DNA of 64,000 bases from a virus (IMGVR_UViG_3300048623_000062:17144-81143); one strand, 5' to 3'; shown: positions 1 through 9,871, counted from the first letter of the stretch. A program made the numbers and translations. The notes: a model not told the origin generated them from the sequence alone.

Positions 1-2489
1 ATCGAGGCGGTATTGGATGTGCCGAGACGCGCGACCTGGGCTGCGGGGAGGTTGTTGATGCCACCGACCGAGACGGGGATCAGGTTGGTGATGCCGCCGC
101 CGGTCGCGCCGGTATTGCCGCTGCTCGAGGCGCCCGAGTTGCCGCCGGTACCAGGGCGGAACGCCGTGGGGGCATTGTTGGTGTCCCCGCCGTTCTGGCC
201 GTTGTTCTGGAGGCCATCGGAGCCGCCACCGCTGAAGCTGTTCAGCGAACCTTCGGTGCCAAGAAAGCCGACGCCCCCGGTGCTGCCGGATGCGTCGTTG
301 CCCTTGCGCGAGATCGTGAAGGTGCCGCTTCCGGGACCAACGAGCGCGGTCCGACAGAAGATCCGGAATCCCGCCGAATCGAGCGTCACGCTTGAAGATC
401 CGGTGAGCGTGTCATAGAACATGTCGCGCGTGAGCGTGGAGGCGGCGGTGACGCTGACGTTGCCGTCGGAGCCATCTCCGAAGTACCCGCCGACGAGAGT
501 CGGCGTTGCAGGTACGGACGCGGTGACCGTCGATCCGCTCATGCCGAACGAGACGCCGTTGGCGTTCGAGAACACCACCGTGCCGGCGGACTGGCTCGAC
601 CCGGCGGCGCTGAGCGCCACGCCACCGCCACCGGCGGCGGTGGCGGAGAACGACGCGGTCACGATATTGTTGCTCATCCCGAACGTGATGTTGTTCGAGT
701 TCGAGAACACGACCGTGCCGGCCGTCGCCATCGTCGATCCGGCCGAGATCGCATTCGGCCCCACGCCCACCGCCGATGCGGTGATGGTCGAGCCCGACAG
801 GCCGAACGAGACGCCGTTCGAGTTCGAGAACACCACGGTGCCAGCGCCGACCGACGCCGCACCGGCGCTGATCGCCGCCGGTCCAGTCGACTGGCTGTAG
901 CTCGCGGTGACGATGGACGAGCCGGACATGCCGAACGAGACGCCGTTCGAGTTCGAGAACACGACGGTTCCCGCCGTCGCGGTCTGCGTGCCGGCCGCGA
1001 TCGCCGCGGCGCTGGCGCCGGCCGCGCTGGCCGTGACGATCGATCCGTTCATGCCGAACGAGACGTTGTTCGAATTCGAGAACACCACCGTGCCGCTGGT
1101 GAGCGTCGAGGCGCCCGCCTGGACGCCGATCGACGGCCGCACGGATGCCGTCAAGGTGGAGTTGCTGAGGCCCCAGGTGACGCCGTTCGAGTTGGCGTAC
1201 GACACGGTGCCTGCGGACTGCGTGGCCGTCCCGGCAATGACAGCGTCGAGGCCGAGCTTGGAGGCGGTCACCGTCGATCCGCTGAGGCCGAACGAGACCC
1301 CGTTCGAGTTCGAGAACACGACCGTGCCAGCGCCGACCGAGGCGGTGCCGGCGCTGATCGCCGCCGGTCCAGTCGACTGGCTGTAGCTCGCGGTGACGAT
1401 GGACGAGCCGGACATGCCGAACGAGACGCCGTTCGAGTTCGAGAACACGACGGTTCCCGCCGTCGCGGTCTGCGTGCCGGCCGCGATCGCAGTGGGGCCG
1501 AGCCGCGAGGCGGTGAGGACGCCGTTCGACAACCCGAACGTGATGTTGTTGCTGTTCGAGATCGTGATCACGCCGGTGGTGACCAGCGACGCGCTCGCGC
1601 TGATGCCGATGCCCGACGCGGTGCCGCCGGCGGTCTGCGCGGTCGCGGTGATCACCGAGCCGGACATACCGAACGAGACGTTGTTCGAGTTCGAAAACAC
1701 GATGGTGCCCGACGTTCCGGTCGACCCGGCCGCCGCGATCCCCGATGGACCGTCGTGGCTCGCGGTGACGATGGACGACCCCGACATCCCGAACGTGACG
1801 CCGTTCGAGTTCGAGAACACCACCGTGCCGGTCGTCGCAAGTTGAGACCCCGCGGAGATCGCCACCGCGCCCGAGGTGCCAGCGTCCTCGGATGTCGTCG
1901 TGAAGCCGACGTTGACCAGCGGGGTGCCCGGGTTGTTCACGGGGACGCCCGAGCGCCGCACGCGCATGAACTTCGCGACGATGACGCCGCTCGCGAGGCG
2001 GTTCGACCCCTGGAACTGGAACGGCTGCGCCCAGTCGGTCGTGCCGTCGACCGAGATCTCGACGATCAGCACGCCGCCGAAGGCCCCACCGACCTGCACC
2101 GTCTTGAACAGCCCGATGTCCGCGCTGACGTCCACGGACGCGCCCACGCCGTTCCCCGCGGGGACGGTCAGCGACGCGAACGTGGTGCCGGAGGTCGTGC
2201 CGCCGACGTTCACCGTGCTCGTGCCGCCGACGTTCACGTTGTAGCCGGAGACGCGCACGCGCAGGAACCGCGCCGCGACGTTGATGGTCGTCGAGCCGCT
2301 GTTCTGGATGCTGGCCACCGCCTGCCATCCACCACCCTGGGCGGCGTCGTTGTTGAGCTCGATGGTGATGGTGCACAGCGCGGTGCCTACGACCGTGATC
2401 GTCTTGGTGGCCCCGAACGTCGAGACATCCGTGGCGGCGCCGACGCCGTTGCCGAGCGGTACTGTGAGAGAAACGAATTGATTCGCCAT
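1..2489 (-). CDS. fibre/spike protein, 3' end runs off the window
   Basis: Read by hand from ATG 2489 (MANQFVSLTVPLGNG...), no stop before base 1, so absent from the ORF track. N-terminal domain is paralogous to 3257-4138, followed by 11 repeats of TVVFSNSNGVSFGMSGS.VTAS and a Gly-rich domain. Confidence 0.8.
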   Translation of the reverse strand, partial: MANQFVSLTVPLGNGVGAATDVSTFGATKTITVVGTALCTITIELNNDAAQGGGWQAVASIQNSGSTTINVAARFLRVRVSGYNVNVGGTSTVNVGGTTSGTTFASLTVPAGNGVGASVDVSADIGLFKTVQVGGAFGGVLIVEISVDGTTDWAQPFQFQGSNRLASGVIVAKFMRVRRSGVPVNNPGTPLVNVGFTTTSEDAGTSGAVAISAGSQLATTGTVVFSNSNGVTFGMSGSSIVTASHDGPSGIAAAGSTGTSGTIVFSNSNNVSFGMSGSVITATAQTAGGTASGIGISASASLVTTGVITISNSNNITFGLSNGVLTASRLGPTAIAAGTQTATAGTVVFSNSNGVSFGMSGSSIVTASYSQSTGPAAISAGTASVGAGTVVFSNSNGVSFGLSGSTVTASKLGLDAVIAGTATQSAGTVSYANSNGVTWGLSNSTLTASVRPSIGVQAGASTLTSGTVVFSNSNNVSFGMNGSIVTASAAGASAAAIAAGTQTATAGTVVFSNSNGVSFGMSGSSIVTASYSQSTGPAAISAGAASVGAGTVVFSNSNGVSFGLSGSTITASAVGVGPNAISAGSTMATAGTVVFSNSNNITFGMSNNIVTASFSATAAGGGGVALSAAGSSQSAGTVVFSNANGVSFGMSGSTVTASVPATPTLVGGYFGDGSDGNVSVTAASTLTRDMFYDTLTGSSSVTLDSAGFRIFCRTALVGPGSGTFTISRKGNDASGSTGGVGFLGTEGSLNSFSGGGSDGLQNNGQNGGDTNNAPTAFRPGTGGNSGASSSGNTGATGGGITNLIPVSVGGINNLPAAQVARLGTSNTAS
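862..1490. repeat. 143-bp exact direct repeat inside the fibre gene (862-1004 and 1348-1490)
   Basis: Identical sequence at offset 486. Confidence 0.9.
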
Positions 2490-2503
2490 AGATGAACTCC
2501 CTG

Positions 2504-3250
2504 TTAGACGCCGCGAACGAACCAGAACCCGGGCGCTGTCGAGTCGAAGGTGATGATCACGCCGCCGCCCGCGGGGATGACGTAGTCACCAGGCCCGAAG
2601 AACTTACCACCCGCCGTGCCGGCGTCGTTCTGATTGCGGAGGGTGAGCGTCTGGCCGCCCGCGGTGCCGATGTTCTGGATAGCGATCTGCCGCCCGTCGG
2701 GATTGGGCGACGCGATGATGATGGAGTCGATGGTCGTCCCGGCCGCGTTCGGAAAGACATCGAGTCGGGATGCGAGATTCAGCCCGGTAGCCTGACTCGG
2801 GCCGAGCTCGGCGTAGTTGGCGTTCGACGGGTTGAGCGTGGCGCTGTTGCCCAGGGTGAGCATCGTCTGCAGTACCGTGGCCGTGCCATTGATGACCGCG
2901 ATCTGCGCGGTCTCGACGATCTGCCCGGCCGTGGTCACCACGTTGCCGTTGGTGTTGGTGACGAGCAGGTTGCCCGTCGATGCGAGGTTCGAGGTGATCT
3001 GCGTGCCGGAATTCTCGAGCAGCAGGTCAGCGCCATCGGTGACGAGGTGCATCCCAGCTCCGTCGTCGCAGGTCAGCGCCATCGTGTTCCCGGCGCCGGA
3101 CGCGACCAGCGTGGTGCTCGACGCCTGCAGGAGCGCCGTCGGGACCTCGTCCGGGCCGTCCTTGCTGAGGATCAGACGCGCGGTCGAGTCGAGCACGCGC
3201 ACCGTCACGGACTCGCCGGCCACTACACGACATGCAAACGGCTTCGCCAT
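2504..3250 (-). CDS. beta-rich virion/spike-associated protein
   Basis: Thr/Gly/Asn-rich beta-strand pattern, co-oriented with fibre genes. Confidence 0.6.
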   Translation of the reverse strand: MAKPFACRVVAGESVTVRVLDSTARLILSKDGPDEVPTALLQASSTTLVASGAGNTMALTCDDGAGMHLVTDGADLLLENSGTQITSNLASTGNLLVTNTNGNVVTTAGQIVETAQIAVINGTATVLQTMLTLGNSATLNPSNANYAELGPSQATGLNLASRLDVFPNAAGTTIDSIIIASPNPDGRQIAIQNIGTAGGQTLTLRNQNDAGTAGGKFFGPGDYVIPAGGGVIITFDSTAPGFWFVRGV

Positions 3251-3256
3251 GGATCC

Positions 3257-4138
3257 TCAGGTGGGGCTCGAGGTGAGGGGGGAGACGAAGAACGTGATGC
3301 GATCGCCGGCCTGGAGCTCGGCGGTCGCGATGCACACGAACTCCGTCGTGGTCTGCTGGTCTCGCGGGATGTCGAAGGCGACGATCGCCCCGACACTCTG
3401 ACAGGTGCACGTCACGCCGTAGACCGCGGTCTGCGCGGTCGGCAGCGGGATCGTGAGCTCGGACAGGTCCGGCTCCTCGCCGGTGACGATGTAGTCGAAC
3501 ACGACCAATGTCGATGTGGTACCGCCCCCGCCGCCCTCGCCGAGCGTGGTCGCGCCGACGTTGACGACGGGCAGCCCGGGGTTGATGGGCGGCACGCCCG
3601 CGCGCTTGACGCGCATGAGGCGCGCCACGACCACCGTCGATTCGGCGTTCGGCCGGTAGAACGCGAATGGCTGCGCCCACTCGTCGCCGTCGACCGATAC
3701 CTCGACGATCAGCGACCCGCGGAACGGGCCGCCGACCTGCACCGTTTTGAACAGGCCCAGCAGCGCCGAGCTCACGTCGACCGAGTCACCGACGCCGTTG
3801 CTGGCCGGCACCGGAAGTTCAACGAACGTCGCCCCGGCATCGGTCGCGCCGACGTGCACCGAGCTCGTGCCGCCGACCCGGGTGTTGTACGCGGACACGC
3901 TCGCGCGCATCCACCGCGCGGCCACGGAGACCGTGATCGATCCGCTGTTGTGGATGGTGGTCAGCGACTGCCACGACCCGAGCGTCGGATCGTCGCTGTT
4001 GTTGAACTCGATGTTGATCGCCGAGCGCGCGGTCCCGACGACCACGACGGTCTTCGTGCCGCCGAACGTCGACACGTCGACCGCGGTTCCGTTGCCGTTT
4101 CCGAGCGGAACCGGAAGCTCGGTGAAGACATTGCTCAT
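3257..4138 (-). CDS. spike-base protein paralogous to fibre N-terminus
   Basis: VPLGNGNG.AVDVSTFG.TKT ... WAQPF ... MRV.R.GVP..NPG.P.VNVG shared with the 2489 ORF; start at MSNVF. Confidence 0.75.
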   Translation of the reverse strand: MSNVFTELPVPLGNGNGTAVDVSTFGGTKTVVVVGTARSAINIEFNNSDDPTLGSWQSLTTIHNSGSITVSVAARWMRASVSAYNTRVGGTSSVHVGATDAGATFVELPVPASNGVGDSVDVSSALLGLFKTVQVGGPFRGSLIVEVSVDGDEWAQPFAFYRPNAESTVVVARLMRVKRAGVPPINPGLPVVNVGATTLGEGGGGGTTSTLVVFDYIVTGEEPDLSELTIPLPTAQTAVYGVTCTCQSVGAIVAFDIPRDQQTTTEFVCIATAELQAGDRITFFVSPLTSSPT

Positions 4139-4749
4139 ACGTGTCGCCTCCGCTGATAGAGGAGCCACAGGAACACCGCGGCCCCGCCGACGACCAACAC
4201 CGCACCGACGCCGATTCCGGCCAGCGCCAGCCAGCCGAGCGGGTCGTCGTTGTTCGTGAAGTTGCTCTCACCGGCCGCGAAGTCCGGCACCATCTTCCGA
4301 CGCACCTCCCAGTGCGTGTGGTTCGCCGAGCTCGTCACGCCGACCTGCTGGCCGGCGGCGACTCGAGCGCCCGCAGGTGCATAGGCGGCGGTCAGCGGCT
4401 CGAGGTGCGCCAGGAGGTGGAACTTGCCGCTGTCGCCCTGGATGATGATGAGCCAGGGGCCATAGCCAACGAACGGCGCGCTGTTGCCATCGGCCGTTGC
4501 GACCACCGTCCCGGATTCCGGCGCCACCACGGTCGTCCCCGCGAAGCCCGCGACGTCCACGCCAGGATGACGGCATGGGTACAGCCCGACGCCGCACGAC
4601 CCGTCCGCAGGCGTCGACCTGACCTCGAGGTAGCCGCCATGCGCGCCGACCTGGAGCGGGTAGATCGGCGGCTGCGGCCTACCTGGCGCCGGCGCGGCTG
4701 TCTCAACGGGGGTCGCCCCCAGCGCCTGCGCGGCGCGGGCGTAGGTCAC
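4135..4749 (-). CDS. M23-family peptidase with C-terminal TM anchor
   Basis: HPGVD, HLLAHL, GQQVG and HTHWEV motifs; hydrophobic tail then RRR. Confidence 0.85.
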   Translation of the reverse strand: MTYARAAQALGATPVETAAPAPGRPQPPIYPLQVGAHGGYLEVRSTPADGSCGVGLYPCRHPGVDVAGFAGTTVVAPESGTVVATADGNSAPFVGYGPWLIIIQGDSGKFHLLAHLEPLTAAYAPAGARVAAGQQVGVTSSANHTHWEVRRKMVPDFAAGESNFTNNDDPLGWLALAGIGVGAVLVVGGAAVFLWLLYQRRRHV

Positions 4750-4752
4750 GTC

Positions 4753-6819
4753 TCACCACCCGTCCCTTTCGTTGAGTACGAAGTGGAAGGTGGCACCGCG
4801 ATCGCTGATCTCGGACTCCGCGACCTCGTCGGGGTCGAGCGCGCCGATGAGGTCCGCGCGAGCGAGCACGAGCGCCCCGGTGCGGTTGAGCTCGACGAGT
4901 TTCTTCTTGAACTGGTCGTAGGTCATGCCGCCCAGCCGTGGATCGTCCTGGACGCGGCGCCAGATCGCCGAGACGAACACCTTGCTCCCGAAGCGGCCGT
5001 AGCCGCGTCCGTTGCGCTGGTCCTCGTCGGTCTTCTTGACCGCGTCGATGACCGCGTCGGCGACGCCGCCCACCGGCGCCACGACCGTCGCGGGCGCTGG
5101 ACGCTGGACCACATGCCGAGTCACCGCCGGGGCCGGCCGCGCCGGGGAGCGCCGCGCAGCCTGATTGGGTTCGTTGACCACGAAGTGGTACGTCGCGCCG
5201 CGATCGTGAATCTCCGACCCGATCACCTCATTGTGGTCCATCGCGGCAACGAGGTCCGCGCGCGCCATCGTGAGCAAACGCTGGCGATGCGCCTCGAGCA
5301 GACGCCGCTTGAACTCCTCGGCGGACATCGAGGCGAACCGAGGGTAGTCCCGGAGGTCTCTCCAGATCGCCGCGATGAACACCTTCCGATCGCCGAATCG
5401 GCCGCGCGCCTCCCCCTCGACCTCGCTCTCGTCGCCGATCCCATCGGCCGCCACGTTGACCGCCTGGGCGAACTCCTCGATGGGCATCTCGCGCCGCGCA
5501 GACCGCGCAGGAGCCGCAGCCGGCGCATGCCCGAGACGCTGGCGATATGCCGCGTACTGCAGCCGCGAGTCGCCCTCGAAGATACCGCCGGCGAGTTGCT
5601 CGTCGGTCAGCTTCACGTGCCGGCCATCCGCGCTGTCGAGGCTCAGCACTTTCTGCCGGCGCATGTCGTTCACGCCTGCGGTGAACTCCTCGTGCGAATA
5701 CTGCGGCATCGCCTTGCGCAGGTCGTAGAGCAGTACGTAGTTGTGACCCTTGTCGAGCCGACGGAACGCCGTCTCGAAGTCGCGGGCGAAGTTCGCCGCG
5801 AACGCGCCGGGGTCCGGCAACGGGTCTGGCTTCACATGCGGCCCCGGCGCGGCGAGCAACCGGTCGTACTCGGCTGCCTCGCGCTCGTGGCGTCTCATGT
5901 CTCGCAAATCCGCGCGCGTCGCCCCGGTCTTGGTCGGCCGGGGGCGAGGCGGCGGGCTCAGCACTGCGTCGGGCGGTCGCGACAGCTTGACCGTCCGCGA
6001 GGCCACGGGCGACGGCGCACGCGCGGGCGAGCGAGGCGACTTCGGCTTCGACATCCGATCCGTGTCGCGCGCGGGCCGCTTGGCGAAGATCACCTCCTTG
6101 AGGTCCTTGGCCAGCGCGCCGCCCTTGGCGAGGTATCGGTAGTGCTCGAACTCCGCCGCGGAGTTTCCGGTAAAGAACACAAACCGGTCGACGAGGTCCG
6201 GGCGATTCTCCTCCACCCAGTGAAACAGGTCGATGCCGCTCTTGTCGCCGAGCACATCCACGTCGCTCACGATGAGGCCGACCATGTGGACCTTGATATT
6301 CGCGATCGCCGCGTCCACGTTGTCCGAGACGATGACCGGCGTGCCCTTGAAGATCCGCCCGAGCATCTTCGTGGTGCCGGCCTGCAGGACCGGATCGTCC
6401 TCGAGCAGGATGATGCGATCTTGGCTGTTCGCGGCGTGGACGTCTTGCTTGGCCGGGTTCTGCACCTCGGCGCCACCATCCCAGGTCAACTCGAGTTGGC
6501 CATCGCGGGACTCGAGCTCGGCCGTGAACGTCGGCACGCGGAGCCCGGCGCCATACACCACCGAGTCCCACTCGCCACCGGCGCCCATCGCGTAGGACAC
6601 CAGGATATCGCCGACGTCCGACGGACGGAGGTCCGACGCGGATCGGTGAAGTTGATCGGCGATGCCCACGAGGCCGGTGTGGTTCACCTCCTCGTAGAGG
6701 TGCGCGAGATCCTCGGCCGCCTTGCGCGCTGGCGCCGGCGCCTTGCCGCGGGTCTGCGATACGCTCTCCCAGAGCGCCTCGCTCATCTCATTGATCAGGC
6801 CGCCCCGAGACCACGTCAT
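4753..6819 (-). CDS. multidomain protein: receiver (REC)-like domain plus repeated unknown domain
   Basis: IILLEDD...LIVSDVD...FVFFTG; two copies of FG.KVF..AIW...F...L......L..ARADL..A.D..EV..SEI.DRGAT.HFV. Confidence 0.7.
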   Translation of the reverse strand: MTWSRGGLINEMSEALWESVSQTRGKAPAPARKAAEDLAHLYEEVNHTGLVGIADQLHRSASDLRPSDVGDILVSYAMGAGGEWDSVVYGAGLRVPTFTAELESRDGQLELTWDGGAEVQNPAKQDVHAANSQDRIILLEDDPVLQAGTTKMLGRIFKGTPVIVSDNVDAAIANIKVHMVGLIVSDVDVLGDKSGIDLFHWVEENRPDLVDRFVFFTGNSAAEFEHYRYLAKGGALAKDLKEVIFAKRPARDTDRMSKPKSPRSPARAPSPVASRTVKLSRPPDAVLSPPPRPRPTKTGATRADLRDMRRHEREAAEYDRLLAAPGPHVKPDPLPDPGAFAANFARDFETAFRRLDKGHNYVLLYDLRKAMPQYSHEEFTAGVNDMRRQKVLSLDSADGRHVKLTDEQLAGGIFEGDSRLQYAAYRQRLGHAPAAAPARSARREMPIEEFAQAVNVAADGIGDESEVEGEARGRFGDRKVFIAAIWRDLRDYPRFASMSAEEFKRRLLEAHRQRLLTMARADLVAAMDHNEVIGSEIHDRGATYHFVVNEPNQAARRSPARPAPAVTRHVVQRPAPATVVAPVGGVADAVIDAVKKTDEDQRNGRGYGRFGSKVFVSAIWRRVQDDPRLGGMTYDQFKKKLVELNRTGALVLARADLIGALDPDEVAESEISDRGATFHFVLNERDGW

Positions 6820-6831
6820 CGCTTTCGCCCT

Positions 6832-7356
6832 CTAGGCGTCCATCGCCCGGTTGTTGGTGATTCCGATGCGCAGCCGGCACAGCGACACGCCGCTGTGCAG
6901 CGCGCCCGCCACGTGCCTGTCGTCGCCCATCTCCCACGCGCATTCGAACGGCTCGATCGAGAGACGCCCGATACCGCCGGCCGCCATCAAATCCGGTGAC
7001 TGCGTCGCCAGGATCGTCGTGCGCATCGGATTGACCGCCGACGGGTCGAAGTCGATCGCCTTGCGATCCCCCGGAATCCGCGACTGCTTGCGACAGCGCG
7101 GACAGATGATGTGCGCGACCAGCGGCTCGCCGGGGATGGCGTAGACATCGACCGTCAAGAACTGGTCGCCGTACACCACCACCACCTCCTGCTTGCCTGC
7201 CGTCAGGCTGGTCGTCATCGAGATCCCGGTCTCCATGTCTCCGGCAATGCGCACGACCTCGCGCTCCTTGCCACTGGCAAGCGAACCCGGCTTCACGCCC
7301 ATCATGTCTTGCACGCGCGGGTCGCGGAGGTCGATGGAGAGCGAGTTCTTGGTCAT
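6832..7356 (-). CDS. hypothetical protein (CPRC motif)
   Basis: ORF track, operon context. Confidence 0.6.
   Translation of the reverse strand: MTKNSLSIDLRDPRVQDMMGVKPGSLASGKEREVVRIAGDMETGISMTTSLTAGKQEVVVVYGDQFLTVDVYAIPGEPLVAHIICPRCRKQSRIPGDRKAIDFDPSAVNPMRTTILATQSPDLMAAGGIGRLSIEPFECAWEMGDDRHVAGALHSGVSLCRLRIGITNNRAMDA
7268..7280. promoter_or_regulatory. palindromic operator TTGCCACTGGCAA, copy 1 (intragenic)
   Basis: Perfect 13-bp palindrome, extends to 15 bp. Confidence 0.75.
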
Positions 7357-7366
7357 GGAGCCGAGT

Positions 7367-7630
7367 CTACTTCTTCAGGAGCAAGACGGCGCCGAGCCCG
7401 GCCACGCCGAGCAGGAGAAGCGTCGTGGTAGAGATCCCGCCCTGCTGGGCGGCCAGCGCCGCCGCGAGATCGCGGTTGGTCTGGGCAGCCGCGGCAGCCG
7501 CGCCCGCTGACTGCTGACTGCGGTTGTAGAAGTCGAGGACCGCCTTGGCGCCGCCGCCGATGTCGTCCCAGAAGTCACCGACCCCGGCGTACCCGGATCG
7601 GCTGATGAGGTTGTTTCGCGCGTACGCCAT
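7367..7630 (-). CDS. small TM-anchored virion protein
   Basis: MAYARNNLISRSGYAGVGDF; C-terminal TM + KK. Confidence 0.75.
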   Translation of the reverse strand: MAYARNNLISRSGYAGVGDFWDDIGGGAKAVLDFYNRSQQSAGAAAAAAQTNRDLAAALAAQQGGISTTTLLLLGVAGLGAVLLLKK

Positions 7631-7643
7631 GGTGGGTGTCTCC

Positions 7644-8045
7644 TTAGCCGCGCTTCTTGAGGACGAGCGCGAGCATGATGATACCGCCACCGATGGCGAT
7701 CGCGGTAGTAGTAGACAGGCCGGTCTGGGGCTGCGGGGCGATGACGGTCGGCTGCTGGCCGGGGAGGAAGCGGAGGATGGAGTCCAGGATGCCGCCGCCC
7801 GCACTCATTCCCGCCGGGTGCGCCGGATCGGGATCCACGGCGCCCGGCGCGCGGTACGTCGACCCGTCGGAGTTGAACGTCGTCATGCCGCCGTCCGGGG
7901 TCGCGCAGTAGTTGCCCGGCTTCCGGTAACCATCGCCGATGGGAATCGTCGAGCACTGGTCATCCGACGAGAACCCCCCGAACGCCCCGAGGACGCCCCC
8001 GAGCAGGGAGCGCTTGTTCTTGACGAGGACGCGCTTCATGTACAT
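7644..8045 (-). CDS. small TM-anchored virion protein
   Basis: MYMKRVLVKNKRSLLGGVLGA; C-terminal TM + KKRG. Confidence 0.7.
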   Translation of the reverse strand: MYMKRVLVKNKRSLLGGVLGAFGGFSSDDQCSTIPIGDGYRKPGNYCATPDGGMTTFNSDGSTYRAPGAVDPDPAHPAGMSAGGGILDSILRFLPGQQPTVIAPQPQTGLSTTTAIAIGGGIIMLALVLKKRG

Positions 8046-8386
8046 CAGATCTTCCCCTTCTTCTTCGACAGGAGATAGTAAGCGAGGCCGCCGCCGGCCG
8101 CGAGGACGACGTAGGGCACGTAGTTGGTCTTTGGCTCGGGCTGCGCACCTTGCGCGCCGCCGCTCACGGCGCTCGAGAGCGCATCCTTGAGCCAGTCGAG
8201 CATGCTCGGGCCGCACGCGGCGCCAACGCGCTTGAACGGATGGTCGGCCGGAAACTGATCGCACGGGATCCGCTTGGGGCCGGTGATGTCGATGGGCGGG
8301 TTGCTCGAGTTCGGGTCGAAGATCGTCGGATCGACCTCGTGAGGAGCGGTGACCGGATCGCCCATGCCGCGTCGGTGGTAACTCAT
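8045..8386 (-). CDS. small TM-anchored virion protein
   Basis: MSYHRRGMGD; C-terminal TM + KKKGK. Confidence 0.75.
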   Translation of the reverse strand: MSYHRRGMGDPVTAPHEVDPTIFDPNSSNPPIDITGPKRIPCDQFPADHPFKRVGAACGPSMLDWLKDALSSAVSGGAQGAQPEPKTNYVPYVVLAAGGGLAYYLLSKKKGKI

Positions 8387-9132
8387 GAACTCTTCCGATC
8401 CTTGAGTAGGAGGTAGGCCCCCAGGACGGCGACACCGCCGACCAGGAGCACCGTGGTCATCGGGTATCCTGCGATCATGACGCCGTTCGCGTCTGGGATC
8501 TCCGGGCTGGGCGGAATGACGATCGGCCCATTGGGACCCATGACGACTCGGCCGCCGTCTGGAGTCGGGACCGCACCTCCTCCGCCACCACCACCGCTGC
8601 TTGGTACCGGGGGCTGCACGACAAGACCAGGACCAGGTGGTTGCGTCGGCGACGTGGGGGATGTTGGCGTCGTGGGTGACGTCGGGTTCTGGGTCGTCGC
8701 ACCACGATGATCACGCACGATCGCGCCGGGGATCGGGGCCTTGGTTCCCGGCACGAACCCGGGCGGGATCGCTGCGGGTGGCGGCGGCGGCGAATTCGGA
8801 CTGTGATACGCGCCGGGCTGCAGCGTTCGCACGCCTCGCATGCCGGGGAGTGGAACCGGGTTTGCCGGAGGGGTTGGTGTTGGCGTACGGGTTGGAACCG
8901 GCGCTGGGCGACGGTCCGGAGCGCGGCTTCCGCCCGGCGATCGCCGATCTGGCGTGTCGCGATCGATGGCCCCGAGAGCCCCCGATGCGACCGCCGCCAT
9001 GAGGCGATCTCGTGCGCGGGTCGCGCGCCCGACCTGAACCCGGCGGTAGCGGGTCGACGATGACACCATGTCGGATGCGGCGATCGCCCCCACGCCGCGC
9101 GTCGCGCGGTCGCTATCTCTCGTGTACCCCAT
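8383..9132 (-). CDS. Pro-rich TM-anchored virion protein
   Basis: MGYTRD...RGVGA; C-terminal TM + KDRK. Confidence 0.7.
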   Translation of the reverse strand: MGYTRDSDRATRGVGAIAASDMVSSSTRYRRVQVGRATRARDRLMAAVASGALGAIDRDTPDRRSPGGSRAPDRRPAPVPTRTPTPTPPANPVPLPGMRGVRTLQPGAYHSPNSPPPPPAAIPPGFVPGTKAPIPGAIVRDHRGATTQNPTSPTTPTSPTSPTQPPGPGLVVQPPVPSSGGGGGGGAVPTPDGGRVVMGPNGPIVIPPSPEIPDANGVMIAGYPMTTVLLVGGVAVLGAYLLLKDRKSS

Positions 9133-9422
9133 TACCGTCGCCCTCGGCCGTGGTGCCCATGGCCGCCCCCATGGCCACCGCCCCGCCCTCTACCAGCACG
9201 ATAGGACCCCCACGACGGCCCCCACGGCATGCCCCACCCAGCGGGCGGATCGTAGTCCATGTCCGCCGCCTCCACGTTCACCACGACCTGCGGGGCCGCA
9301 AACGGCGGCGACTGCGTGCCAGCCGACCCGGCCGTGAGCGCAGAGGTGGCCGCAGACTTCTTGGACAGGTAGTAGAGCGCCACGGCGGCGCCACCCAGGA
9401 TGAGCACGGTGGAAGTCTTCAT
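9132..9422 (-). CDS. small membrane protein with Gly/His/Arg tail
   Basis: N-terminal TM (MKTSTVLILGGAAVALYYLSKK). Confidence 0.65.
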   Translation of the reverse strand: MKTSTVLILGGAAVALYYLSKKSAATSALTAGSAGTQSPPFAAPQVVVNVEAADMDYDPPAGWGMPWGPSWGSYRAGRGRGGGHGGGHGHHGRGRR

Positions 9423-9736
9423 CGGTTCTTTCCGAGCTCGTACCCGATCAGCGCCGGCACACCGAACAGCGCGGCGAGCGCGAGTGGGTACACCCATTTG
9501 TTCTGCTGCGCGAACGCGTACCCGCGTAGCGCTGGCATCAGGCTTCGCAGTCCGGCGCCGCCTGCCAGGTTCGGCGGCGTCGTGCCGCACGAGATCACCG
9601 GCTCACCGCGCTCGACGCTACGCAGTTGCCCAGCGATGCACACCGCCTCATTGAAGTACGGGTCGTTGACGACGTTCGCCGCCGCCGAGATGGTGTCGCC
9701 GATGCCGCCCAGAGATGTTCTGCGTTGATACGTCAT
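9419..9736 (-). CDS. small TM-anchored virion protein
   Basis: MTYQRRTSLGGIGD; C-terminal TM. Confidence 0.75.
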   Translation of the reverse strand: MTYQRRTSLGGIGDTISAAANVVNDPYFNEAVCIAGQLRSVERGEPVISCGTTPPNLAGGAGLRSLMPALRGYAFAQQNKWVYPLALAALFGVPALIGYELGKNR

Positions 9737-9749
9737 TTGGTGCTGGTGT

Positions 9750-9869
9750 GAAGTCGGCTGAGGTCGCCCGCCCGCGCTATCGCATCCTTCCCGGGATTTT
9801 GGTGACGACGCGAAGACAGAAACGTCGCCCTCATTGCGCTCGCACCGGCGAGCGACCTCAGCCGACTTC
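9750..9869. repeat. 18-bp perfect inverted repeat bracketing an intergenic segment
   Basis: GAAGTCGGCTGAGGTCGC at 9750-9767 and its reverse complement at 9852-9869. Confidence 0.85.
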
Positions 9870-9871
9870 GA

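Noticed and set aside
2240-2250. 10-11 nt self-matches of putative spacers (2240, 19295)
   Set aside because: No TTN PAM, and this length is plausible by chance.
4141-6999. Long antisense or alternate-frame ORFs (4141-6999, 412-2376, 2492-4156, 11757-12785, 32555-33871, 54312-55376 and similar)
   Set aside because: Arg/Ala/Pro-rich shadows of real genes in high-GC DNA, with no motifs.
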